The position numbers were made by a program, and so were the translations under genes. Below, one piece after another: positions 40,994 to 51,497 of a stretch of DNA of 64,000 bases. Each line of letters opens with the position of its first letter. The stretch's first letter is position 1. The notes beneath the pieces are model-generated. The model saw only the letters and a list, made by a program, of their open reading frames with translations, was not told the DNA's origin and ran no database searches. The stretch lies in NCBI GenBank assembly GCA_963676565.1, contig OY781089.1, positions 2,656,001 to 2,720,000 of the forward strand, written 5' to 3'. The DNA comes from Halarcobacter sp. GTDB lineage: Bacteria; Campylobacterota; Campylobacteria; Campylobacterales; Arcobacteraceae.

Positions 40994-41442
40994 TAGTTTA
41001 CATCTATTTCCCAGAAGAATTCAATCCAAGAATTAGCTTCCTTTACAGCGAAGTCTGGTTGTAGTACAGCAGTTTTTTTATAGAAGATTGTTGCAAGTTT
41101 AAATTCAACAGTTGGAAATTTTTCCCTTAATATTCTAAGAATCTCTTCCATAGTCTCACCTGAATCAACTATATCGTCTATTAATAAAACTCTTTTTGCA
41201 TGAGAAACATCTGGAATATTAAAAATATTAAAGGTATCAAGTTTTATTTCACCCTCATAATGAATAGAATTAAGTGTATAAAGATTTCTCATATCCATCG
41301 CCTCTGACATTAAGTGTCCTAGTGTTAAACCACCTCTAGCAATTGCTAATAAAATATCTGGTTCAAACTCTTCACATTTTTTTACAAGAAGTTTTGTATC
41401 TTTAACACACTCTTCATAACTATAATAATATTTTTCAGCCAA
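40993..41442 (-). CDS. purine phosphoribosyltransferase (Gpt/Hpt-like)
   Basis: IARGG, LLIDDIVDSGET, W..FFWE; downstream of a purine permease. Confidence 0.88.
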   Translation of the reverse strand: MAEKYYYSYEECVKDTKLLVKKCEEFEPDILLAIARGGLTLGHLMSEAMDMRNLYTLNSIHYEGEIKLDTFNIFNIPDVSHAKRVLLIDDIVDSGETMEEILRILREKFPTVEFKLATIFYKKTAVLQPDFAVKEANSWIEFFWEIDVN

Positions 41443-41460
41443 TTTTATCCTTTAAAATGG

Positions 41461-41479
41461 AGGACAAACAAGTTGTCCT
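41461..41479 (-). terminator. hairpin between permease and PRTase
   Basis: aggacaa-acaag-ttgtcct. Confidence 0.45.
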
Positions 41480-41499
41480 TTATTTTTATTTTTTAAATT

Positions 41500-42786
41500 T
41501 TACAGTATAAATGTAAGAAAACTAATAAAAGTAATAGCTAGAATTCCAACATTTAAATCTTTATATTGATTTTTTGCAATTTTGATAATTGTATAAATTA
41601 AAAATCCAGCAGCAATTCCATTTGTAATAGAAAAAGTTAAAGGCATTAAAATTACAATTAAAAATGCCCCTGCACTTGTTGCTAAATCTGAATCTTCAAA
41701 GTTGATTTTACCAAGTTCTGTAAACATTAGTACACCAACAACAACTAAAACTGGATAAATTGCATTTCCAGGAACTGCTTTAAATAAAGGCAGCATAAAT
41801 AAAGTTCCAATAAAAAATACTGCAGTAAATACTGCTGTTAAACCAGTTCTACCACCCTCTTCTACACCACTTGCACTTTCAATAAATGCAGTTGTCGTTG
41901 AAACACCAAGCAAAGACCCAGCTGTTGTTGCCATTGCATCTGCTTCTAATGTTTTTTGTAAAGATTTATCATCTTTATTGTTTTCTTGGAAAAGATTTGC
42001 TCTTGTTCCTACACCTGTTAATGTACCTAAAGTATCAAACATATCAGTAATTAAAAATGTAATAATAACTGGTAATAAAGATAGTGACAATGCACTTGCA
42101 ATATCAAGTTTAAATAAAATTGGTTCAATAGAAGCTGGTGCACTTAGATAACTTTGAGGGAAAGCTCCTACACCTAATGTCCAAGCTATAATTGAAGTTA
42201 TTACAATAGATAAAATAAAAGCACCTTTTATTCTATATGCATAAAAAGTAAAAGCAAGAATTAATCCAATTACTCCAATTTGTACTTCTAATTTTGAAAA
42301 ATCACCTAAAGAAACTAAAGTTGCTGGGCTATCAACAATCATACCCATTTGCTTTAATCCAATAAAGGCAATAAACGAACCAATACCTGCACTAATTGCA
42401 CGTCTTAAATTCATAGGAATTGAAGTCATAATCCAAACTCTAAAGTTTGTAAATGAGAGAATCATAAACAAAATACCAGAAAGAAAAACGATACCTAAAG
42501 CAGTTTCCCAAGGTATTTTCATCCCTAAAACTAATCCGTATGAAAAATAGGCATTAAGACCCATACCAACTGACATAGCAATTGGTGTATTTGACCACAA
42601 TCCACTAAAAAGTGTAGCAAAAATTGTGATTAATGCAGTTGCCGTTACTACTGCTTCCATTGGAAGTCCAGCATCAGCTAAAATGAATCCATTAACTGGA
42701 ACGATATACATCATTGTAAGAAATGTTGTAAATCCTGCACTTAGCTCAGTAAAGACATTTGTGTTATGTTCTTTAAGCTTAAACAT
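41500..42786 (-). CDS. AzgA-family (NCS2) purine permease
   Basis: TTF.TM.YI..VN, GMGLNAYF, FDT.GT, IESASG...GGRTG motifs. Confidence 0.93.
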   Translation of the reverse strand: MFKLKEHNTNVFTELSAGFTTFLTMMYIVPVNGFILADAGLPMEAVVTATALITIFATLFSGLWSNTPIAMSVGMGLNAYFSYGLVLGMKIPWETALGIVFLSGILFMILSFTNFRVWIMTSIPMNLRRAISAGIGSFIAFIGLKQMGMIVDSPATLVSLGDFSKLEVQIGVIGLILAFTFYAYRIKGAFILSIVITSIIAWTLGVGAFPQSYLSAPASIEPILFKLDIASALSLSLLPVIITFLITDMFDTLGTLTGVGTRANLFQENNKDDKSLQKTLEADAMATTAGSLLGVSTTTAFIESASGVEEGGRTGLTAVFTAVFFIGTLFMLPLFKAVPGNAIYPVLVVVGVLMFTELGKINFEDSDLATSAGAFLIVILMPLTFSITNGIAAGFLIYTIIKIAKNQYKDLNVGILAITFISFLTFIL

Positions 42787-42899
42787 AAATTATCCTTAAG
42801 ATTTAAAATTAAGGTATAATTATACGGAATGTATGATGTATTTATACTGAAAAATTGTATAAAATATGTAACTTTCAAATAAAAAACGGGTAATTTATA

Positions 42900-43757
42900 A
42901 TGAATATAACTGAAGAGTGTGTAAGATGTATAACAGGACAAATTGACAAGGCTACAAAACTATTAAATTTAGAAGAAAACTTGTCAAATGAAATAATGGA
43001 AGAAGTAAAATTAAAAGCAAAGAAATTTGATTTTAATAGAACTCCACCTTATGTAGCGAAAGAGGTTTATGAACTTTTAGCTCAAAAATCAAACTTAAAA
43101 GATCCATTGGAAAACTTAAAACAAGAATCTATAGAAAAAGCAACAACATATATCCCATATTTACAAGAAAAAATAGAAAATAGTGAAGATAAACTTTTTG
43201 CAAGTATAAAAGCTGCAGTAGCAGGAAATGTAATCGATTTTGCAACAACAAAAGAGTTTTCTTTAGATGAAGAGATTAATTCAATTTATAAAACAAATTT
43301 TGCAGTAAACGATTATAAAATTTTTAAAGAAGAGCTTCAAAAAACAAATCAACTTATTATCTTATCAGACAATGCAGGTGAAAATGTCTTTGATAAGATT
43401 TTAGTAAAAACATTAAAAGAGCTATTTCCAAAACTTAAAATCTATTATGCAACTAGAGGAAAAGCAATTATTAATGATATTACTATAAAAGAAGCTTTAC
43501 AAGTTGGTATTGATAAATATTGTGAAGTTATAAGTACAGGAGTTGATACTCCTGGTTTAGAAAAGTCTCAAGCAAGTTCAGAATTTTTAGAACTTTTTAA
43601 TGAAACACCTTTAATTCTTTCAAAGGGTATGGGAAATTTTGAATGTTTGGAATCATATAAAGATAAGAAAATCTTTTTTCTATTTAAAGTAAAATGTGAA
43701 GTAGTAGCAAATAAGATTTCAAGAAATCTAGGAGAGATTATATTAAAAAGAGGCTAA
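42900..43757 (+). CDS. DUF89/ARMT1-like damage-control phosphatase
   Basis: N-terminal CxxC, GN.ID, DNAGE, ND.T, KGMGNFE, KC motifs. Confidence 0.9.
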   Translation: MNITEECVRCITGQIDKATKLLNLEENLSNEIMEEVKLKAKKFDFNRTPPYVAKEVYELLAQKSNLKDPLENLKQESIEKATTYIPYLQEKIENSEDKLFASIKAAVAGNVIDFATTKEFSLDEEINSIYKTNFAVNDYKIFKEELQKTNQLIILSDNAGENVFDKILVKTLKELFPKLKIYYATRGKAIINDITIKEALQVGIDKYCEVISTGVDTPGLEKSQASSEFLELFNETPLILSKGMGNFECLESYKDKKIFFLFKVKCEVVANKISRNLGEIILKRG

Positions 43758-44879
43758 TTAGCCAGCCTCTTTTATTTTATATTCTGCTAAAAGTTCTGAG
43801 ATTTTTTTAACACCCCTTTCAATTTGTTCAAATGTTGAGTTTGTAAAATTAAATCGTGCTTCACAGGAATCTTGATTATCATGAAAAAATACCTTTGCTG
43901 GAACAAAAGCGATATTGTTTTCAATAGCTTTTTTTGCTAATTCAAAACTATCTTCTTCAAACTTTCCATAAATAAACATACCACCTTTTGGAATTTTAAA
44001 ACTAAACTCAGGTAGATACTTTTTAAAACATTGTGCCATAAATTGCATCTTTGATTTATAGTCATCTCTAACTACTTTAATATGCTCAAAAACATCAAAT
44101 CGGTTTAAATACTCATTTAATATCATTTGATTAAAAGTTGGAGTATGTAAATCCAAAGCTTCTTTCGAAGATAAGATTTGAGTAATCAACTCTTTTTTTG
44201 CTCTAATCCAACCAACTCTAAGTCCTGGAGCTACAATTTTAGAAAAAGAACCTAAATGGAAACTGTTTTCATAAAAAGCACTAATTGGTTTTTTAATCTC
44301 ACCTTCAAAATCCAATAATGAATAAGCACCATCTTCGATTAACAATGAACCATTTTTTTCTAAAACATGGGCAATTATCTCTCTATTAATCTCATCTATA
44401 GATTCTGATGTTGGATTATGAAAATCACTCATTATATAAACGGCAGAGGTTTTTTTCAATTCTCTATTTAAACAACTGTGGTTATTAAAACCTTTAACCT
44501 TTAAATCAAGAACATTAAAAGCACTTAATGCACCAATATATGTTGGTGTTTGAACAAAAATCTCATCCTCAACAAAAGTTTTAGCAATAATATCAAAGGC
44601 TTGTTGACTACCTGTTGTAATTAAAATCTCATCTTTTGTTGTAGGAAAATCAAATTTCTCATTATATATATTTGCAATATGCTCCCTTAAGCCATCTAGA
44701 CCTTGAGATTTTGAATACTGCATAGATAAAGAGTTTTTTAAAACCTCATTTGATGCTTCTTTTAATTGCTCCATTGGAAATAGTTTTTCATTTGGTAATC
44801 CACCTGCAAATGAAATTGTTTCTTCATTTATCGCGTCTAATATCTCTCGTATATATGATCTTTGAATTTTTCTTCCCAT
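43758..44879 (-). CDS. class I PLP-dependent aminotransferase (LysN/AvtA-like)
   Basis: SFAGGLP, TGSQQ, FHNPT, ED.AY, SFSKIVAPGLRVGW; ATG at 44879 after GGAG. Confidence 0.9.
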   Translation of the reverse strand: MGRKIQRSYIREILDAINEETISFAGGLPNEKLFPMEQLKEASNEVLKNSLSMQYSKSQGLDGLREHIANIYNEKFDFPTTKDEILITTGSQQAFDIIAKTFVEDEIFVQTPTYIGALSAFNVLDLKVKGFNNHSCLNRELKKTSAVYIMSDFHNPTSESIDEINREIIAHVLEKNGSLLIEDGAYSLLDFEGEIKKPISAFYENSFHLGSFSKIVAPGLRVGWIRAKKELITQILSSKEALDLHTPTFNQMILNEYLNRFDVFEHIKVVRDDYKSKMQFMAQCFKKYLPEFSFKIPKGGMFIYGKFEEDSFELAKKAIENNIAFVPAKVFFHDNQDSCEARFNFTNSTFEQIERGVKKISELLAEYKIKEAG

Positions 44880-44984
44880 AATCACTCCTAAATTTTTTAA
44901 ATTATATTTGAATAAAAAAATTTATTCTTTATCCTAAATTTCAAAATAATTGTTCTATATTGCTATTTTTGATATAATCATTTT

Positions 44985-45842
44985 ATGAAAAAAGAAACTA
45001 TTCACCTAAGACATAAAATTGTCAATGACACCTATTACTATATTTACAAAAATTTAGAGCATCAAATCACCCTTGATGAATTAGCAAAACTAAATAAAGT
45101 TAGTAAGTATCATTACCATAGAATTATAAAAGAGGAGACTTCCTTTACCCTATTTGAAATAATCACTTCAATTAGACTTCAAAAGGCAGCTAATCTTTTA
45201 CTTACAAATAAACACTCTACAATAAGTGAAATTGCAAGTTTATGTGGATATATGTCCCATTCTTCATTTATAAAAGCTTTTAAACAAAGATTTAAACATA
45301 CACCAACATCTTGGAGAAAAGGTGCTTTTAAAACCTATTCAAAACAACTTCTTGAAAAATTTCCTTCATCAAGGGACTTTTCAAATATAGAACCTCAAAT
45401 TAAAGTTTGTAAAGCAATTAAATGTACTTATATAAGACATAAAGGTTATGATAAAAAAATAAAAAATACATGGGAAAAACTTTACGCAATAGCATATGAA
45501 AATGATATTACAAATTTTAAACAAATTGCACTATACCATGATAATCCAACAATAACTCCACTGGATGAATGTTCTTATGTTGCAGCAATTAGTATAGATA
45601 AAGACTATAAAAATTTAAATATTCTTGAAATTCCTGAATCTTTAAATGCAGTTTTTGAATTAAAAGGTGTATATGGTGATGTTTTAAATTTTATTAGATA
45701 TGTATACCATTATTGGTTACCAAATTCTGGATATGAAACAAGTTCTATTCCTTGCTATACAATTTATGAAAAAAATCATTTTACTACAGGTTTTGAAGAT
45801 TTTAATCTAAAGTTATATTTACCTATAAAAATTGCTTTCTAA
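44985..45842 (+). CDS. AraC-family regulator with GyrI-like ligand domain
   Basis: N-terminal double HTH (S..F..AFK..F..TP..WR), C-terminal HDNP...C.Y.A and WLP.SGY. Confidence 0.9.
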   Translation: MKKETIHLRHKIVNDTYYYIYKNLEHQITLDELAKLNKVSKYHYHRIIKEETSFTLFEIITSIRLQKAANLLLTNKHSTISEIASLCGYMSHSSFIKAFKQRFKHTPTSWRKGAFKTYSKQLLEKFPSSRDFSNIEPQIKVCKAIKCTYIRHKGYDKKIKNTWEKLYAIAYENDITNFKQIALYHDNPTITPLDECSYVAAISIDKDYKNLNILEIPESLNAVFELKGVYGDVLNFIRYVYHYWLPNSGYETSSIPCYTIYEKNHFTTGFEDFNLKLYLPIKIAF

Positions 45843-46071
45843 AATTTTATATATATTATGATTATATATAATTTAAATTTATATAAAATTTTCATAAAAA
45901 AATAATATTTTCTTAAGAGTACCATTTTTTCGGCTATATTTATTAATTATTTAATTGATATAATTAGAAAGTTGTTAGTTTTATATTAAAAATAATACTT
46001 CTAAGAAAATCTTTACAAGTATAATTAAAAGTAATAAAACTTTCTTGTGTGGAATAAAAGAAGGAGAAAAA

Positions 46072-48435
46072 ATGTCAAAAGATATGTCAATAAAAATAAA
46101 ACTGTTACTTAGTGTTATTGGAGCAATATTAACTGTAGCTTTAATAACAGAAATTAATTCAATTATAACTTTAAAAAAAGAGACTAATTACATCATAGAT
46201 AAAACAGAGAATAATGCTTATAAAGCAAAGGAAAAAGAACTTGAAAATTATGTTTCTTTAGCTTATAAAACAATTGAATCTTATCATAAGAGAACTTCTA
46301 AAGATAAAATTCAAAAAGAGGTTGAGGAATATCTAAAAGAACAAACAGATTATCTTTTTTCTATTATAAATTCTGAATATCAAAAGAATAAAGATATTCT
46401 TAGCAAAGAAGAGCTTTTCAAAAGAATCAAAGATATAATTGATGCAACAAAATTTGGTAAAAATGGATATTTCTTTGGATACAGTCCTAAAGGTATATGT
46501 TTAATACTTCCACCGAAACCTCAATTAGAGGGTAAAGATTTAAATCATGTAAAAGATAAAAATGGCATTTTTGTTATTAAAGAAGTTGTTAAAGCTGGTA
46601 TGTCAGAAAGTGGTGATGGATATGTAAGTTATCAATGGCCAAAGCCAGGTTTTGATGAAGAACAATTAAAAGTTTCATATGTAAAAATGTTTAAACCTTT
46701 AAACCTAATTATAGGAACAGGGGCATATGTAGATGATGTATCAGAAAAGATGAAAAAAGAAGCTTTAGAAGCTATTTCAAAAATGAGATATGGTAAAGAT
46801 GGATACTTTTGGATAAATGACTCTAATCATGTTGTTAAAATGCATCCAATAAAACCTTCTTTAGAGGGTAAAAATATGAATGACCTAAAAGATAAAAAAG
46901 GAACATATTTATATAGAGAAATTGTTAAAACGGCAAATGCAAAAAAAGAAGGTGGCTTAGTTAAATACTTCTGGACAATTCCAAATAAAAAAGGAACTTA
47001 TGAAAAATACTCATTTGTGAAGAAATTTGAACCTTGGGATATGATTATAGGGACAGGAGATTATATAATAAATATTGAAGAAGAGATTAAACAAATGAAA
47101 CAAGAGATTAATGATACGACAAATGAAAGCATCTTAAACTCAATTTTAATCATTGCCATAATTATTATTTTAATATCTTTATTAAGTGTTTATCTAATGA
47201 ATAAAGTTATTGTAAAACCTCTAAATGAATTCCAACAAGGTTTACTAAACTTCTTTAAATACATAAATAAAGAGCAAAAAGAGATTGATCCTTTAACAAT
47301 AAACTCAAATGATGAGATTGGGAGAATGTCTTTACTTATTAATGAAAATATCCAAAAAACAAAAACTATAATTGAACAAGACAACAAACTAATTGAAGAT
47401 GTAAAAGAGATAGTTAATCATGTAGGAAATGGTTATTTAGATAAAAAAATTGATACATCAACAAATAATGAGTCTTTAGAAGAATTAAAAATTTTATTAA
47501 ATGATATGTTAGAAAATGTAAAAAAATTAGTTGGTACAAATATAAATTCTTTAAGTGAAGTTCTAGAACACTATTCAAATAAAGATTTTACAAAAACAAT
47601 TGATAAAGCAACAAGTGGAAAAATTGGAAATGACATTTTAGAATTAAATAAAATGATTACAGAACTTCTTCAAGATAACCAAGAAGATGGTTTAATTTTA
47701 CAAGAAAAATCAAATGAGCTAACTTCAAATGTAAAAATTCTAAATGAAAATGCAAATTCACAAGCAGCATCACTTGAAGAGACTGCAGCTTCAATTGAAG
47801 AGATTACAAGTAATATAAAACAAACTAGTCAAAAAGCCCAAGAGATGTTAAGTATCTCTTCAAAAACACAAAAATCTGCACACATTGGAAAAGATTTAGC
47901 AAGTAAAACTGTAGATTCTATGGAAGATATTAATAACACTGTTATGAATATAAATGATGCAATTACTGTAATTGATCAAATAGCTTTCCAAACAAATATT
48001 TTATCTTTAAATGCAGCAGTAGAAGCAGCAACAGCAGGAGAAGCAGGAAAAGGATTTGCAGTTGTAGCCCAAGAGGTAAGAAACCTTGCTGCAAGAAGTG
48101 CAGAAGCAGCCAAAGAGATTAAAGATTTAGTTGAAAGTGCAACAATTAAAGCAAATGAAGGTAAAGAGATAAGTAGTACTATGATTGAAGGGTTTAGAGA
48201 ACTAGAAAGAAATATTTCTGAAACAAGTAATCTAATTGATGATGTTACAAATGCTGCAAATGAACAAAGTTCAGGGATAACTCAAATTAGCGATGCAGTT
48301 AATCAGTTAGATAAATTTACTCAAGAGAATGCTTCTATTGCTGAAAGAACAAACTCTATTGCACTTGAAACAAACGATATTGCAAAAGATATTGTAAATA
48401 ATGTAAATAAAAATAATTTTGAAGGAAAGGCATAA
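46072..48435 (+). CDS. methyl-accepting chemotaxis protein with double Cache sensor
   Basis: Two nested Cache units (GYF..HP..D..G...IGTG.Y), [24 protein letters not shown] at 46072 after AAGGAG. Confidence 0.95.
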   Translation: MSKDMSIKIKLLLSVIGAILTVALITEINSIITLKKETNYIIDKTENNAYKAKEKELENYVSLAYKTIESYHKRTSKDKIQKEVEEYLKEQTDYLFSIINSEYQKNKDILSKEELFKRIKDIIDATKFGKNGYFFGYSPKGICLILPPKPQLEGKDLNHVKDKNGIFVIKEVVKAGMSESGDGYVSYQWPKPGFDEEQLKVSYVKMFKPLNLIIGTGAYVDDVSEKMKKEALEAISKMRYGKDGYFWINDSNHVVKMHPIKPSLEGKNMNDLKDKKGTYLYREIVKTANAKKEGGLVKYFWTIPNKKGTYEKYSFVKKFEPWDMIIGTGDYIINIEEEIKQMKQEINDTTNESILNSILIIAIIIILISLLSVYLMNKVIVKPLNEFQQGLLNFFKYINKEQKEIDPLTINSNDEIGRMSLLINENIQKTKTIIEQDNKLIEDVKEIVNHVGNGYLDKKIDTSTNNESLEELKILLNDMLENVKKLVGTNINSLSEVLEHYSNKDFTKTIDKATSGKIGNDILELNKMITELLQDNQEDGLILQEKSNELTSNVKILNENANSQAASLEETAASIEEITSNIKQTSQKAQEMLSISSKTQKSAHIGKDLASKTVDSMEDINNTVMNINDAITVIDQIAFQTNILSLNAAVEAATAGEAGKGFAVVAQEVRNLAARSAEAAKEIKDLVESATIKANEGKEISSTMIEGFRELERNISETSNLIDDVTNAANEQSSGITQISDAVNQLDKFTQENASIAERTNSIALETNDIAKDIVNNVNKNNFEGKA

Positions 48436-48512
48436 AAAACTTATTAAAAAGAAAATAATACTTTTATGATACTTTTTTATTGTAAAATACTCTCATAATT
48501 AAAGGAATAATT

Positions 48513-49094
48513 ATGAGAGTATTAATTTTTAACACAGATGAAAAAGATACACAAAATTTAACTTCAATGATTAAAGCTTTCCCTATTAATATAATTATAG
48601 ATAATGCATCCACATATTTTGATACTATGAATTATTACAAAAATAACACTTATGAAAAAGTTTTTATTGATGTACAAGATGAGGAAGGAATAAAAATAAC
48701 AAAAGAGATTTTAGATATTTATCCAAATCAGAAACTATTTATGATGGGTGATGATTATAATTGTACTCTAGAAAAAAACTGCAATTCTTGTGCAAAAGAG
48801 CATTCTAAAAGTTTAATTATTAAACCAATCTCTCAAATAGAACTATGTAAAGTAATGAACAATACCTTCTTATGCGAATGTAAAGGTAAATCAATGAAAC
48901 AATTTAACTTAGAAAAAATTAAAAAAAATATTCAAAAAGAGTTTCCCTATTTTGATTTTGAAATTAATCAAAAAGAAAAGATAATATCATCAAGCCCTAT
49001 GCCTATGCAGATTTTAGTTTCATTTATAAGTCAGTTAGAAGAAAACAATATCTCTTATGAGGTTGAAAATTTTGAAAGAATAAATCTAAAATAA
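48513..49094 (+). CDS. atypical receiver-domain protein with Cys-rich insert
   Basis: Receiver-like pattern (VLIF, VFID, G.....EI....P.Q, IIKP) plus CTLEKNCNSC and CEC. Confidence 0.6.
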   Translation: MRVLIFNTDEKDTQNLTSMIKAFPINIIIDNASTYFDTMNYYKNNTYEKVFIDVQDEEGIKITKEILDIYPNQKLFMMGDDYNCTLEKNCNSCAKEHSKSLIIKPISQIELCKVMNNTFLCECKGKSMKQFNLEKIKKNIQKEFPYFDFEINQKEKIISSSPMPMQILVSFISQLEENNISYEVENFERINLK

Positions 49095-49130
49095 TATAAG
49101 TCTTATATCCTTTAAGATACCATTTCAAGT

Positions 49131-49796
49131 ATGGAACTACTTGATAAAGAACACCTTATTTATCTTCTTGATTTTGATAACTTTGATTTCCCTAGTTTAG
49201 ATATGATGAATGATGACCTTGTTGCTATTGGAGGAGATTTTCATCCCCAAAGATTAATTAATGCATATGAAAATGGAATCTTTCCATGGTTTATTGATGA
49301 ATATAATCATATTCATTGGTTTAGTCCTCAAAAAAGAATGGTTTTATATCCCGAAGAGTTTAAATTAACAAAAAGTCTTAAAAGAACAATAAATAACAAA
49401 GGTTTTGTTGTAAAAAGTAACACCTGCTTTGAAGAAGTTATAAAAAACTGTTCAAATATAAAAAGAAAGCATGAAGATGACACATGGATTGATGAAAATT
49501 TTATTGATGCCTATACAAATCTTCATTATCTAGGAATAGCCCAATCTATCGAAGTTTTCTTAGATGAAAAACTAGTTGGTGGACTATATGGTCTAGTAAT
49601 TAATAATATTTTTTGTGGCGAAAGTATGTTTTCACTTGAAAGGGATGCCTCAAAAGTTGCTTTTTACAATTTATGTAACCAAGCGAAACAAAATAATATA
49701 AAACTTATTGATTGTCAGGTTTATAATGACCATTTAGCTTCATTAGGAGCTAAAGAAATCTCTAGAAATAGTTATTTTAAACTACTAAAACAATAA
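49131..49796 (+). CDS. aat: leucyl/phenylalanyl-tRNA-protein transferase
   Basis: AY..GIFPW, TWI, LVGGLYG, GESMFS...ASK, IDCQ motifs. Confidence 0.96.
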   Translation: MELLDKEHLIYLLDFDNFDFPSLDMMNDDLVAIGGDFHPQRLINAYENGIFPWFIDEYNHIHWFSPQKRMVLYPEEFKLTKSLKRTINNKGFVVKSNTCFEEVIKNCSNIKRKHEDDTWIDENFIDAYTNLHYLGIAQSIEVFLDEKLVGGLYGLVINNIFCGESMFSLERDASKVAFYNLCNQAKQNNIKLIDCQVYNDHLASLGAKEISRNSYFKLLKQ

Positions 49797-49904
49797 AAAC
49801 TTAATAAATAATTTAACAAACACTATTCACTACCAATTAAGTCAAGTATACATAATATATTAATAATACTTTTATGTATGAATGAAAATAATTAAGGAGT
49901 GGAA

Positions 49905-50201
49905 ATGAAGAGGATTCTTGCGACATTAGCTTGTCTTTGTAGTTTGTCTTATGCTGTGGATTATGACCCAGTAAAAGGTAGTATGTTGTCACTATCTTGT
50001 GCATCATGTCATGGTACAGATGGAAAATCAGTAGCAGTTACACCGTTAATTGCTGGACTTGGTCAAAAAACAATGTACAATATTCTATTAGATTACAAAT
50101 ATGATAGAAGACCTGGTACTATGATGCCTAAACACGCTAAAGGTTTTAGTGATGAAGAGTTAGAGCAAATTAGTTATTACTTTTCAAAGATAGAAAGATA
50201 A
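49905..50201 (+). CDS. fccA: monoheme cytochrome c subunit of flavocytochrome c
   Basis: Signal peptide, single CASCH, GTMM; directly upstream of the flavoprotein. Confidence 0.85.
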   Translation: MKRILATLACLCSLSYAVDYDPVKGSMLSLSCASCHGTDGKSVAVTPLIAGLGQKTMYNILLDYKYDRRPGTMMPKHAKGFSDEELEQISYYFSKIER

Positions 50202-50213
50202 GGGGTAAATATC

Positions 50214-51497
50214 ATGATGAATAGAAGACATTTTAACAAAATACTTGCAGGTTCATTTGCACTTTCACTTGCTGCTTGTAGTAGTGTAACAAGTATGACA
50301 TCTACTTTGCCAAAAAATAAAAAAAGAGTTGTTGTTGTTGGTGGTGGTTTTGGTGGTGCTACAGCTGCTAAATATATGAAAAGATATTCTCCAAATACAG
50401 AAGTTATCTTAATCGAGCAAAATAAAGAGTATTATACTTGTCCATTTGGAAACACTGTAATTGCAGGGATGAATGACTTAGATTATATTAAACATGATTA
50501 TAAAACATTAGAGAAAAAATATGGTATTACAGTTATTCATGAAAAAGTAGCACGTGTAGATGGAGCAGCTCACACTGTAATATTAGAAAATGGAGATATG
50601 ATTCCATTCCACAAAGCAGTAGTTTCACCAGGAATTGATTTTAAATATGAAAAGGGTTATGTTGAAGGCTCTGAACTTTTAGCTCCTCATGCATACAAAG
50701 CTGGAGCTCAAACTCAGCTTTTAAGAGATCAATTAGAGGGAATGAAAAATGGGGGAACTTATGTAATGGTAGCCCCTGCTAATCCATTTAGATGTCCTCC
50801 TGGACCATATGAAAGAATCTCTTTAGTTGCACATTATATTAAAAATAATAAGCCTGATTCTAAAATTATCATATTAGACCAAAAAAATAAATTCTCAAAA
50901 CAAGGTCTATTCCAAGAGGGTTGGGAAAAACTTTATGGTGATTTAATTGAATGGAGAAGTGCTGAATTTGGTGGAAAAGTCATATCTGTTGATCCTAAAA
51001 AACTTGAAATTACAACAGAAGATGAAGTTGTTAAAGCTGACGTTTTAAACTATATTCCAAACCAAAAAGCTGGAAAACTTGCATTTGATTCAGGTTTAAC
51101 AGAAGGTGATTGGTGTCCAGTAAATAAAAAAACTTTTGAATCAAAAATTGCAAAAGATGTGCATGTAATTGGTGATGCAGCTATTGCAACAAAAATGCCA
51201 AAATCTGGATTTTCTGCAAACTCACAAGCAAAAATAGCAGTACTACAAATAAGTAGAATGTTACAAGATAAGCCAGTTGTGAACCCACCTAAACTTGCAA
51301 ACACTTGTTATAGTTTAGTTGCACCAAATTATGGCATCTCTGTTGCTGCTGTTTATGAAGCAAAAGAAGACATAATCGAAACAGTTCCAGGTTCAGGAGG
51401 ATTAAGTCCTATGAATGCTGATGAAGGAACAAGAATGGCTGAAGCTGAATATGCTGTAGGTTGGTATAAAAACCAAACTGCTGATATTTTCCAATAA
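50214..51497 (+). CDS. fccB: flavocytochrome c sulfide dehydrogenase flavoprotein (FccB/SoxF)
   Basis: Tat NRRHF, GGGFGG, YYTCPF, RCPPGPYER, MPKS...A..Q, NTCYS. Confidence 0.93.
   Translation: MMNRRHFNKILAGSFALSLAACSSVTSMTSTLPKNKKRVVVVGGGFGGATAAKYMKRYSPNTEVILIEQNKEYYTCPFGNTVIAGMNDLDYIKHDYKTLEKKYGITVIHEKVARVDGAAHTVILENGDMIPFHKAVVSPGIDFKYEKGYVEGSELLAPHAYKAGAQTQLLRDQLEGMKNGGTYVMVAPANPFRCPPGPYERISLVAHYIKNNKPDSKIIILDQKNKFSKQGLFQEGWEKLYGDLIEWRSAEFGGKVISVDPKKLEITTEDEVVKADVLNYIPNQKAGKLAFDSGLTEGDWCPVNKKTFESKIAKDVHVIGDAAIATKMPKSGFSANSQAKIAVLQISRMLQDKPVVNPPKLANTCYSLVAPNYGISVAAVYEAKEDIIETVPGSGGLSPMNADEGTRMAEAEYAVGWYKNQTADIFQ

Noticed and set aside
42787..42899. Purine riboswitch upstream of the AzgA permease
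   Set aside because: No aptamer consensus or terminator; only a -10-like element close to the RBS
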